Of a stretch of DNA of 64,000 nt, positions 8,935 through 18,419 are shown in pieces. The DNA is from Minisyncoccota bacterium (GTDB lineage Bacteria; Patescibacteriota; Microgenomatia; UBA1400; UBA12028). Location: contig JACRHV010000004.1 of assembly GCA_016211945.1 (NCBI GenBank), positions 2,649 through 66,648 of the forward strand, read 5' to 3'. The notes under the pieces were generated by a model. The model did no database searches. It was given only the letters and a program-made list of their open reading frames with translations, and had not been told where the DNA came from. A program made the position numbers and the translations under genes. Each line of letters opens with the position of its first letter. The stretch's first letter is position 1.

Positions 8935-10105
8935 ATCGCCTTGCATATACTATACCGATCGCTGTCCAAAATGCCACCATGACCCATGGATAAAAAATGA
9001 GGTTGTTAAAGAGCGAACCAATCAGAATAGAGACAATCATAGAGATACCTATCGTGTTGCTTCTCGCAAACCAAAGAAGCTGTAAGAGAAATACGCCAAA
9101 TAACGAAAGCCCAATGATTCCTGTGGACTGGAGTACGGTAACAAAACTATTTCCGGGGGCAGATGAATGCGACGGGATGTAGTTTTGTGTAAATCCTCTG
9201 TTCGATTGACTGAGATACCATCCGTCGCCAATAATCCATGTTCGTAGAGTGAAGGTTTGCAATGTTGATGTAATTGCAGTATTCCGTGCTTGTACGCTCA
9301 CCGTTCTTTCAAGTCGTGCTCCTTCACTTGCTGGTCTCGGAAGGAAAAAAATTCCGACAGTAAAAAGAGCAAGGACAATGAGTATTTTTCTCTCTCTTTT
9401 CATGAATCCGTACACAATCAATCCAATGATATAACTTGCATATCCAGCACGTGAATATGTAAAAAGTAGAGCTACAAATGTTACGCACCATCCGAGACGC
9501 ATAATAATCGGAAGACGGTGTAGTTTTGGATATACTCCAAGAAGTACGAGCGTAAAGAGAGCGGCCGGAAAAGGGGGGTCAAGGAGTGTTGATACAAGAC
9601 GAAAGTAATGGTCATCCCATCCTAGAAGTGTAAGCCATCGCAGATCGGGAAAAATGACATACTGCACAATTCCAAACATGGCAAGGAGGTAGACGAAGAT
9701 CACTGCAATATATATCACGTCCGTACGTGTGACGTACCGTTTTTGAATTCCAATAGTGATAAGGGGAAAAAGTGAGGTGTACATTGCAACACGAAATAGG
9801 TATAAAAGTCCGATAAAAATCGGAAGTCCCCGGAAGCCCGCACTATATACTGAGATGCCAGCTACAACAGAAAAAAGTATCAAAACAGTAAAAAAGGGAA
9901 GCCTTTTGTATGCCGCAAAAACGTCTTTTGGGTAGAATATCCAACTCCCGATACCTCCTATAGCGATAAAAATCTCGTGCAGATAAAAAGAAATTATTGG
10001 TGTTACATATATTTTTTGAAACTGTCCCAAAACAAGTAATCCGAAAAATACGAGAAGAAAAATCCTATAGAAAAATCGCATAGTATACAGCAGGTTATGT
10101 TTCAT
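8918..10105 (-). CDS. O-antigen ligase/polymerase (Wzy_C) family membrane protein
   Basis: Multi-TM; RLVSTLLDP, LFTYSRAGY, TGIIG motifs. Confidence 0.8.
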   Translation of the reverse strand: MKHNLLYTMRFFYRIFLLVFFGLLVLGQFQKIYVTPIISFYLHEIFIAIGGIGSWIFYPKDVFAAYKRLPFFTVLILFSVVAGISVYSAGFRGLPIFIGLLYLFRVAMYTSLFPLITIGIQKRYVTRTDVIYIAVIFVYLLAMFGIVQYVIFPDLRWLTLLGWDDHYFRLVSTLLDPPFPAALFTLVLLGVYPKLHRLPIIMRLGWCVTFVALLFTYSRAGYASYIIGLIVYGFMKRERKILIVLALFTVGIFFLPRPASEGARLERTVSVQARNTAITSTLQTFTLRTWIIGDGWYLSQSNRGFTQNYIPSHSSAPGNSFVTVLQSTGIIGLSLFGVFLLQLLWFARSNTIGISMIVSILIGSLFNNLIFYPWVMVAFWTAIGIVYARRYGIHT

Positions 10106-10826
10106 ATTGTTTTATCCGTACGATGAGCGAATGAAGACTCATCATATATGCCATGGCAAAACCTGGAAATCCGTCAAGAAATCCACATTTGAGTACATAA
10201 TTCACAAAAAATTTTACTTTTGGATAATAGAGCAGTTTTATGAGCCATAGAAACAAGGGATCTTTCTGGATTTTTTCCATCTCTGTGTAGAGGTTAATTT
10301 TTTCAAGAAAGGATGTTACTGAAACATGGGGAGTGTGCATTATGGAATGCTTGAGTTTGCCAATACCACCACTGATATTCCATACTTCGTGCACAGGCCT
10401 ATACCACACTCCAGCATTTCGTTTTGCCAAGCGAAGAAGATGCATCCTCCCCGTTTCTCCATACCATAATGTTTTTTGCATAAACACGTCTGTGCGTTTG
10501 ATAAGAAAACCGTTGAATCGAGTTGTGGGTAACAGTGTTTGTATTTCATGTTGCAGTTCGAGGGTGAGATACTCGTCTGAGTCTAAAAACAGTACCCAGT
10601 CGTGTGTTGCTAAGGATAGTCCATTATTTCGCTGGTTGGCAAAATCTTTCAATGGTGAAGATATCCATCGAGCACCAAATTTATCTGCAATGTTCTTCGT
10701 TGAGTCGGATGATCCATCGTCGATAATCAGCACTTCTTGCGCCCATCGTACTGACTCTAGCGCTTTTTCAAGTGTGATCTCACTATTTTTTGTGAGGATA
10801 ATGACCGAAAGAGGAAATCTGTTCAT
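10095..10826 (-). CDS. GT2 glycosyltransferase
   Basis: SVIILTKN, IDDGSSD, FLDSDE, VHE, GFLDG. Confidence 0.9.
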   Translation of the reverse strand: MNRFPLSVIILTKNSEITLEKALESVRWAQEVLIIDDGSSDSTKNIADKFGARWISSPLKDFANQRNNGLSLATHDWVLFLDSDEYLTLELQHEIQTLLPTTRFNGFLIKRTDVFMQKTLWYGETGRMHLLRLAKRNAGVWYRPVHEVWNISGGIGKLKHSIMHTPHVSVTSFLEKINLYTEMEKIQKDPLFLWLIKLLYYPKVKFFVNYVLKCGFLDGFPGFAMAYMMSLHSLIVRIKQYET

Positions 10827-12592
10827 TTCTTTTTTATCTTACCAGATTGATGTGCTTTTGACAGTTTTTGTGGTGTGATAAAACCGATTACCATCATGCC
10901 CGCAATAAAAAGACTGAGTCGTTTTGTGTAAGTCCGCACGAGTGTGTCTCGCAGTTCAACAACAACCTCGAATTCACCTTTTGGCAATGTCCACACAATT
11001 CTTCCGGGTGCAGTTTCATCAGAGTACGTGAATGGGTATACAGAATTATTAACCAACACAATCCAACTGGGAAAGTACAATGTATAGTCAACAAAACGTG
11101 CTTGGTCTGAAGAGACAGTAATCAAATATTTGTGCATCGTTGCTTTTCTGTTCTGATCTTTAATCGTAGCCTCACCGGAAAGGATTTCTATGTGTTTTTC
11201 TTTTTTTGGCAATGTATCAGTGTCTACCCATATCGTCTTTCCTGGTCCTACCTTATCCAAAGAAGACATCATCGTTGCGCGAATATAGTCATCTGTCACG
11301 TATGAAAGCATTCTCCTGTTTCCCCAGTTGAGTATCGTGGTACCAACGACGATGATACAAAGTATCCCAACGAAAATCGTATGTTTGATGTACCGAACAA
11401 TGTATGTCGCAAGTATTGAGGTAAGAAAGGCAACGAACAGCAGTAGACGATAGGAGAATTGAAAACCTCGCAACACAGGGATGGCGGACCAGATGTGTTT
11501 TGAATACGAAAGCATCATAAAACACGTAAAGAAAAAAAGCCCCAAAACCATAAAGATGCCGACTCGATCTCTCTTGTGCATTATCTGTTTCAGCAAAAGA
11601 AATATCGATAAAAGTACAACGAGAATTTGCGCATATCCGATGAGAAACGATAGTTCACCATAATGTCCTTGGAACAAGAGTCCTGCTCTCCATGGTGAAT
11701 ACAGAAGTTGTAATGGTTGCAGGAACTCAATGGTGTTTGCTGATAATAAATATGTGAACCGTGATTCAATTAAGATCGGTGCCCAGTAATATGAGGTGCC
11801 CATGATTCCCAGTGTGACACTAAAACATGAGTAAAAAAGAAAGATCTTTCTTTTCTGAGATCTCCACGTAAGTGTAATTCCATACAGGCCTAAAAGTAAG
11901 AATGAGAGCAAGGAGATTGCCTGATGAGAAAGAATAAAGAGACCGAAAACAACAGCGGCGGTTATGCTACGCCTCATTGTTGGATTCTCATATAATCGTC
12001 GCACCGTGAGAAAACTCAGTGGTAGCAAAGCAAACGCAACACTCTCACCTATTGCAACGCGAAAATGCATATCAACTAAATGGTACGGGGCAAAAAGATA
12101 AAACAATCCTGCAACAAAAGCTCCTTTTTCAGATGCAAACTCCCTTTTGATCCAGTGAAATATTGCTTGCCCCGATAGTATGTACGAAACAGCGAGAACA
12201 ATCTTGAGACTAGTAATCATTGAAAACTCAAAAAAATGGAGAAGTGATGATAGATAGTATGGGAGTTGATACTGAAAGAGATAAAGAGGATATCCATACC
12301 CCTGAACAATGTATTGATTCCAAACAGGAATGAAATTTCCTTCTCGAATTGCATCATAAAACGGCAAAGCAAAACTTGTATGGAGAGAAAGATCGCCACT
12401 CTCATATGATCCAACGCGGAGTATGCTTAAAAGCGGAAGGAGTGATATCCCAAACAATATGTTGTCAAACGAAATGCTTTTTTTGGGATACATTCTCGTA
12501 TATATGAAATAACAAGAGAGCAATACAACACTCGCAATACCATTCAGTACAACCATGTGCAGTGGACCTTCAAACAGAGTTGATAATGTCAT
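10823..12592 (-). CDS. GT-C-like polytopic membrane protein (YfhO/PTPS-related)
   Basis: GYGYPLYLFQY, FYLFAPYH, QFSYR, YFPSW C-terminal motif. Confidence 0.75.
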   Translation of the reverse strand: MTLSTLFEGPLHMVVLNGIASVVLLSCYFIYTRMYPKKSISFDNILFGISLLPLLSILRVGSYESGDLSLHTSFALPFYDAIREGNFIPVWNQYIVQGYGYPLYLFQYQLPYYLSSLLHFFEFSMITSLKIVLAVSYILSGQAIFHWIKREFASEKGAFVAGLFYLFAPYHLVDMHFRVAIGESVAFALLPLSFLTVRRLYENPTMRRSITAAVVFGLFILSHQAISLLSFLLLGLYGITLTWRSQKRKIFLFYSCFSVTLGIMGTSYYWAPILIESRFTYLLSANTIEFLQPLQLLYSPWRAGLLFQGHYGELSFLIGYAQILVVLLSIFLLLKQIMHKRDRVGIFMVLGLFFFTCFMMLSYSKHIWSAIPVLRGFQFSYRLLLFVAFLTSILATYIVRYIKHTIFVGILCIIVVGTTILNWGNRRMLSYVTDDYIRATMMSSLDKVGPGKTIWVDTDTLPKKEKHIEILSGEATIKDQNRKATMHKYLITVSSDQARFVDYTLYFPSWIVLVNNSVYPFTYSDETAPGRIVWTLPKGEFEVVVELRDTLVRTYTKRLSLFIAGMMVIGFITPQKLSKAHQSGKIKKK

Positions 12593-12613
12593 ACGGTATA
12601 CTATATCTGATTT

Positions 12614-13405
12614 ATGTCTATCACTAATCTATTATATCGATTCAGCGCAGAAAGAGTTGATAGTGATAATCCTCATCTCTCTGCTTTTTTCCCACAACAG
12701 CAAAAGGCCTATACCTTTTGCAAACAATACTGCAGAAATAAGAGGGTCATTGAGTTCGGATGTGGAAGTGGGTTTGGTGCGTATCGTATCACCGAGGTCG
12801 CCACCTCTGTTACGGCCATAGATAATGATTGCAACACAATTCAGCACTGTCGAGCGAAATACAAAAAAAATAATCTTCGTTTCCAAGTAAACAAAGCAGA
12901 GCAGTTTATTTCAAAAAGAAAATTTGATGTCGCTATTTCCTTTCAGGTCATTGAACACATCGAATCTCAATTTGTCGAAAATTATCTGTTTTCAATAAAA
13001 CGTGCATTGAAGCCAAAAGGAGTGTGCTTCATTTCAACGCCAAACGCACCATTATCTTCGTATAACGAAAATCCCTACCATTACAAGGAATACTCAGGCA
13101 TCGAGTTAAAGACGCTTCTGTCTCGCTATTTTACACAGGTCACTCTTTTTGGTGTTGAAGGAGATTCAATCGTACGTTTATTTGAGAAGAGAAGAAAAGA
13201 AAGAGTACTTTCTGCACTCCAGAAAGATGTCTTTCGCATGCGAAACATTGTTCCAAGAAAAATGCGTCAAGTCATCTTTGATTTTGCATCGTATTTTGTA
13301 AGAAAAAAGCTCAATCTGTTCTCTGTCAACGTACGTGAAAAAAATTATCAAATTCGTACATTGCGCCCTCGCTCTGCCATAGACATCATTGCAGTTTGCA
13401 GATGA
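12614..13405 (+). CDS. Class I SAM-dependent methyltransferase, probably acting on glycan
   Basis: VIEFGCGSGFG, FQVIEHI, LKPKG, STPN, NPYHYKEY. Confidence 0.9.
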   Translation: MSITNLLYRFSAERVDSDNPHLSAFFPQQQKAYTFCKQYCRNKRVIEFGCGSGFGAYRITEVATSVTAIDNDCNTIQHCRAKYKKNNLRFQVNKAEQFISKRKFDVAISFQVIEHIESQFVENYLFSIKRALKPKGVCFISTPNAPLSSYNENPYHYKEYSGIELKTLLSRYFTQVTLFGVEGDSIVRLFEKRRKERVLSALQKDVFRMRNIVPRKMRQVIFDFASYFVRKKLNLFSVNVREKNYQIRTLRPRSAIDIIAVCR

Positions 13406-14283
13406 ACAATGAGGCGCCTTACTATTTCAATGGTCATATACAGTGAAAATCGTAAAAGTAGTCCTAGATATACACAGGTATTTAGTCCCACTGAGCTTTT
13501 CCGCTTGTGATGTTTATTGTAGTAATGCAACATACCTAAATGAAAAAGTATGACTGCTTTAAATCGAAACTGTTGTGATGTCCCCCCGTGAATATGGCGA
13601 ATTGTTACTTTAGGATAGTAAAAAACCTTCCAACCCGCCTTAATCGTGCGGTAACAAAAATCGGTATCTTCGCAGTACATGTAGAACTTTTCATCCAAAT
13701 ATCCAATTTTTTTGATGACTGATCTTCGAATAAACATGAACGCTCCCAATATACCGCCCACCTCGGTAGACTGATTGATGTCCAAATACGTCATGTAATA
13801 GTTTGTTGTTTTCCACCGTGGAAAGAGCATATGCAAACCAAACATTTGAAATAACACATTTGCGAGCGTTGGAATCGCATGACGACACGGTAAATCCAAA
13901 TGGCCATCGTGCTTCAGCACTTTACACCCGACCACACCAATATTCTTGTGTGAGTCCATAAACTTCACTAAAGAATCGAGGTGCGACTCCCGAGTAAAAG
14001 TGACATCTGAGTTTAGGTGTAAGATGTACCTACCTCGAGCTAGCTTTGTCCCACGATTGTATGTTTTGCTATATCCAAGATTTTTATCATTTCTATACAT
14101 GCGAACTTTTGAGAATTTCCTTTTTATTGCGGCAAACGAGTCGTCCGTAGAAGCATCATCGATCACAATAACCTCGAATGAAATATGCTTACGATGTGCG
14201 TAGAGTGATGACAGCGTACGTAGTGTGATATTTTTGGAGTTGTATGTGCCAATGATGATGGATAAATCAGGCGATTTACTCAT
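13348..14283 (-). CDS. GT2 glycosyltransferase (WbbL/rhamnosyltransferase-like)
   Basis: IDDASTD, LNSD, GAFMFIR, DEKFYMYCEDTD. Confidence 0.9.
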   Translation of the reverse strand: MSKSPDLSIIIGTYNSKNITLRTLSSLYAHRKHISFEVIVIDDASTDDSFAAIKRKFSKVRMYRNDKNLGYSKTYNRGTKLARGRYILHLNSDVTFTRESHLDSLVKFMDSHKNIGVVGCKVLKHDGHLDLPCRHAIPTLANVLFQMFGLHMLFPRWKTTNYYMTYLDINQSTEVGGILGAFMFIRRSVIKKIGYLDEKFYMYCEDTDFCYRTIKAGWKVFYYPKVTIRHIHGGTSQQFRFKAVILFHLGMLHYYNKHHKRKSSVGLNTCVYLGLLLRFSLYMTIEIVRRLIVHLQTAMMSMAERGRNVRI

Positions 14284-14335
14284 TCTTAAAATGTAACATT
14301 GAACCGTGGAAAAGAAAATACAAGGATTTACCAGA

Positions 14336-16468
14336 CTAATATACAGACTTTTTTACGACACGAACCATTCCAAACTCTCTTTTTTCGTATTGCAAAAGCG
14401 GAAGTATTGTCTCACGTTCAAAAGAAACAACATATTTCTTCCCTGAATCTTCAATTTTTCCGCCCTTTGTTTGTACGAGAAATTTTATGTGATCAAGATA
14501 GGTATTAAACGATGATCCGTTATCGAATGAAACGAGATGAATAGGTTCATTTTTTGAGTCCCTGACAATCCATTGTGAAGCATGAAGGTAATCAAGTATG
14601 GATGAAGAAGAAGCTATATCTTTTTGTAAAAAATACACTTGTTTTGCGTAGAAAAAAATAAGAAAAAATATTGCAATACGTTGTGCTCTTTTCGGCATCC
14701 AAAATAAAGTGTGGGCAAGAAAGATAACAATGAACACAAGATATGGCGGAAAATACGCCTCGGATGGAAACCCATGAATAAATATTGAAAGAGAAAGGAC
14801 CATGCTTCCAAATATTGCATAGACGTACAGGCTATGTTTTTTAAGTGTCTGCTGGTGACGAAACGCATAAAAAAAACTTAAAAATACGAGTACGCCAACT
14901 GCATAAAGTGTACTGCCATTTTCTTGTCCCACAAAAGAGAGAAATTGATCAAAGGATTTCGTTACAATCCGCGCAATTGCTTCACCTGACAAACCGTGCC
15001 GACCGTCAAAGCCGGAAACTGCGACGATTCTATATCCAACCCATCCGACCAATCCACAAAGATGTGAACATCGATGTGTGATATCAAAAACGATTTGTGG
15101 AAGAAGGCCCATAATTGTCGCACCCACTATACCAATCCAATGTTTTTTTATTGATATTTTTTCCAAAAAGAAAGAAAGAGGGAGTAGAAGAATGAGAGAT
15201 AATGTTGCAAGCTCCCACTGTAATAGAAAAAAGTATGTGAAAACAACAAAGAAAACTGATCGTCTGCTTGAATTCTTTACAACAGAAAGACACCAAAGGT
15301 ATACCACAAGAAACACAGGAACAGCAAAGAGATAAAATGGCATACGAGACTGCATGACTGCGGTGACTGATACTGCAAAAAAGAGACTACCAAAAAATGA
15401 GGCCTGTTTACCTACTGTTCGCTCAAGAAGACAGTATAGAGCTCCAGCACCCATCGTAGTGAGAACCGCGGCAAAAAGTGGTGGCGAGAAAACTGTAAAT
15501 CCGCCCAAAATGAAACTTATTGAATCAAACCAAATATTGAGTGGCCCCTGACTAAAACGGGGAATGCTGGATGGAATTCCGAGGAGAGGAATTTCCTGAC
15601 CACGCACAACATTAAGTGCATACAGATAGTCTCTACCAACATCTCCAATCAATGGAATGTGCGTGGGCATCATTGTTCGAAGATAGAAGGCAAGACCAAT
15701 GAGAAAAAGGATTCTCCATTGTTCAGTCAACGCAAACCACAATTCTAAAATAATACCCTGAACAAGACCAAGGTGTTTTTTAAAATAGACAAATCGACTC
15801 TTTCTAAAAACATCTGACACATCAAAATCTGCCTGTTTCATCGAGATACGTTGAGGATGATGAAAGATAGACGATGCAAGAAATACAGTTGATTTTCCTC
15901 TATTTTCCATACGCTTACAGAGATCGAACTCTTCCCAATAGAGAAAAAATTGTGGATCAAATGCCCCAGCTTTCATAAAATCGTCTTTTCGCACCATCAT
16001 TGTCGCTCCCGAAATTACAGAAACCTCCTTTGTAGACTCTCTATTCCACGCCTTTATCCAGTACTCTGAGGACAACGAAAGTCCAGGAACGAGTGAGTTA
16101 AAAAATGACAAAGAGAAGAATGCTTTCCAAAACGATGGGTGTTCTGTGGATGAAAGTTCTGTTTTTCCATCTTCGTTGATGAATTTTGGTCCGACAATCC
16201 CCACCTTTGGGTGGTGTTCAAGATACTCAAACATGTCTTCTATTGCGTGTTTTTTGGGTAAAACATCTGGATTGAGAAAAAGAAGGTATCTCCCCCGTGC
16301 TTTCTCTGCTCCGCTGTTACATCCCCCACCATAGCCTTTATTTTCATATGAATTATCGATAACAATGACCTCCCAGTCATCATGTGTTGGAATAGCTTGC
16401 AGTAACGCATGAAGATGTGAGCCGCTTTTGTACTCAACGATAATGATAGAAAGTGTGATCTTTTTCAT
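14336..16468 (-). CDS. Fusion of a GT2 domain and an ArnT/PMT-like GT-C membrane domain
   Basis: Residues 1-240: LNPD, FFLYWEEFD; then GDVGRDY, LLGIPSS, QGPL and many TMs. Confidence 0.8.
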   Translation of the reverse strand: MKKITLSIIIVEYKSGSHLHALLQAIPTHDDWEVIVIDNSYENKGYGGGCNSGAEKARGRYLLFLNPDVLPKKHAIEDMFEYLEHHPKVGIVGPKFINEDGKTELSSTEHPSFWKAFFSLSFFNSLVPGLSLSSEYWIKAWNRESTKEVSVISGATMMVRKDDFMKAGAFDPQFFLYWEEFDLCKRMENRGKSTVFLASSIFHHPQRISMKQADFDVSDVFRKSRFVYFKKHLGLVQGIILELWFALTEQWRILFLIGLAFYLRTMMPTHIPLIGDVGRDYLYALNVVRGQEIPLLGIPSSIPRFSQGPLNIWFDSISFILGGFTVFSPPLFAAVLTTMGAGALYCLLERTVGKQASFFGSLFFAVSVTAVMQSRMPFYLFAVPVFLVVYLWCLSVVKNSSRRSVFFVVFTYFFLLQWELATLSLILLLPLSFFLEKISIKKHWIGIVGATIMGLLPQIVFDITHRCSHLCGLVGWVGYRIVAVSGFDGRHGLSGEAIARIVTKSFDQFLSFVGQENGSTLYAVGVLVFLSFFYAFRHQQTLKKHSLYVYAIFGSMVLSLSIFIHGFPSEAYFPPYLVFIVIFLAHTLFWMPKRAQRIAIFFLIFFYAKQVYFLQKDIASSSSILDYLHASQWIVRDSKNEPIHLVSFDNGSSFNTYLDHIKFLVQTKGGKIEDSGKKYVVSFERETILPLLQYEKREFGMVRVVKKSVY

Positions 16469-17376
16469 GTGTGTGACAACAGTCGTTGTACAAATCCTCT
16501 AGTTGATCCTACCATGACGGCTATATCCGTTCCTACCTGCATAAGAGGAAGTATCCACAACGCAGAGGTGTCATGAACATAGCGATAGTTTTTGTGTACC
16601 GCCCAGCACATGTAGCCCATGAATAGAAGGATGCAGAGGAGTGGAGAGAAAAAGTATACAACAAGGCCTATAACATATCGAAAAAAAATAGAGATCATCT
16701 TGGGACGATACATCCCCGCCTGTGTGTCACCAAATGCAAATCGATACACCTGCGTGAAAAATGAACTCCATGTATGCGGTGGGTGCCAACCCACCACCGC
16801 TGTCTGCTGAAATTGCAATACTGCTCCTGTTGCGAGCAACCGATGGGCAAAAACGTAATCCTCGTTCATCGAGTATTCATGAGGAAACCCGCCAGCGTTT
16901 ACCCAAGCGGATTTTCGTATTGCCATAGACCGTGTCGCTGGAAGAAAGGTGTTTTTTTTGATATTTTCTGGCATGACAAGCATATACGCCGCCGCCGCTC
17001 GTTCAAAAGAGGACTGGGCTAGTGCACGATAGTATCCCGCGACCACATCGATCTTTTCCTGTTCAAAAGGCTGCACAATTTCTTGCAGCCATGTTGAGTC
17101 CGGCTCACACCCCGCGTCGGTGAACGCAATAATATCATTTCTTGCCAATACCACCCCCATGTTTCTGCCCAAAGACCGATTCCCCACCTTTTTCACAACA
17201 ACTTTTCTCCATGGTAATTGAAGTCTTTGTAGTAATGTATATGTGTTGTCTGTTGATCCTCCGTCAACAATAATCACCTCATCTGGCCGATGCGTCTGTT
17301 TTGACAGTGCATGAAACAACGCTTCAATTGTATCTGCCTCATTTTTTACTGTAATAACTATTGATACCTTGACCAT
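16465..17376 (-). CDS. GT2 glycosyltransferase
   Basis: VDGGSTD, FTDAGC, NED. Confidence 0.9.
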   Translation of the reverse strand: MVKVSIVITVKNEADTIEALFHALSKQTHRPDEVIIVDGGSTDNTYTLLQRLQLPWRKVVVKKVGNRSLGRNMGVVLARNDIIAFTDAGCEPDSTWLQEIVQPFEQEKIDVVAGYYRALAQSSFERAAAAYMLVMPENIKKNTFLPATRSMAIRKSAWVNAGGFPHEYSMNEDYVFAHRLLATGAVLQFQQTAVVGWHPPHTWSSFFTQVYRFAFGDTQAGMYRPKMISIFFRYVIGLVVYFFSPLLCILLFMGYMCWAVHKNYRYVHDTSALWILPLMQVGTDIAVMVGSTRGFVQRLLSHT

Positions 17377-18410
17377 AGATCCTCATATGTATCTGCGACC
17401 GCATTCCACCGTTGATTCAATGCCCAAATCTGAGCATCATGAACATCCTGATTTTCTCGTGTTGAGTTTCGTAATAATTCTCGCATCACTTCAACTAATT
17501 GGGATGGCTGTGAGAACGTACATGCGTACCGAATAGCCGGGAAGGACATGAGATAGTCTTTTTTGATCTCATTATTCCAATGTGCACACACATATCTCCC
17601 TGTTTGCATCGCCTCAATTATGCCCAAATAACGAGAGACAAACGCAAACCTAGCTCGTGCAAGAGCTTTCAGTGGTTCTCGTGTTACGCCTTTATATGTA
17701 ATGTATGAAACACCTCGTATCATATCCTGCAATGGTGATAGAAGTTCTCCCTCGCCGTATATGGTAAGTGTGATTTGTCCTTCCAACGCGAGTACGACCC
17801 GAACATACTCCAATACGCCAGTGTCATCGGATAGTCTCCCGATAAATACCGCAGTTTGTGACTCCACTGGTTTTTGCGGTTGTGCATCTGCTGCTCCGTA
17901 CACTACAAACGTAGGTTTAGCGTAATACCACATACGCATCCAATTTCCAACACAAATCGAACCCCAGGACAAAAACTCACTCACCTTCCTTGACCTCACT
18001 GCTTTCAAGCTTGGTGGCCCAACTCCTTCATATCCGTGAAACGTCGTATATACGGGTTTCCAAAAGAGAACAAATCGAACGGGTATATACCACCAGAACA
18101 CGTCATGTGTGTGTACTCTTTCTGTATGAAGAAATATCTTGATGTGGAGAAGCATCCAAATCCATGTACCAATCTTAGAGTGCAGAGAGTTTTGATGAAT
18201 GCGAACAACATGAAGGTGGTCTAATTTCTCGTACAAGGGTAGAGTTCCGTCGTACTGTTCCGTAACAACAGTCACGTCGTAGTTTCGTTTGTGCAGTTCG
18301 CGTGATAACTGACGAATATGATGCTCAACACCACCAATATGGGGAGAGTATAACCTCGAGAGAAAGACCACTTTCCTTTTTGTAAGGTTATTGTAAGGTT
18401 CGCGTGTCAT
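17358..18410 (-). CDS. GT4 glycosyltransferase
   Basis: PHIGGVEHH, TFHGYE, FIGRL, IIEAM. Confidence 0.85.
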   Translation of the reverse strand: MTREPYNNLTKRKVVFLSRLYSPHIGGVEHHIRQLSRELHKRNYDVTVVTEQYDGTLPLYEKLDHLHVVRIHQNSLHSKIGTWIWMLLHIKIFLHTERVHTHDVFWWYIPVRFVLFWKPVYTTFHGYEGVGPPSLKAVRSRKVSEFLSWGSICVGNWMRMWYYAKPTFVVYGAADAQPQKPVESQTAVFIGRLSDDTGVLEYVRVVLALEGQITLTIYGEGELLSPLQDMIRGVSYITYKGVTREPLKALARARFAFVSRYLGIIEAMQTGRYVCAHWNNEIKKDYLMSFPAIRYACTFSQPSQLVEVMRELLRNSTRENQDVHDAQIWALNQRWNAVADTYEDLWSRYQ

Positions 18411-18419
18411 AGTAGTGCG

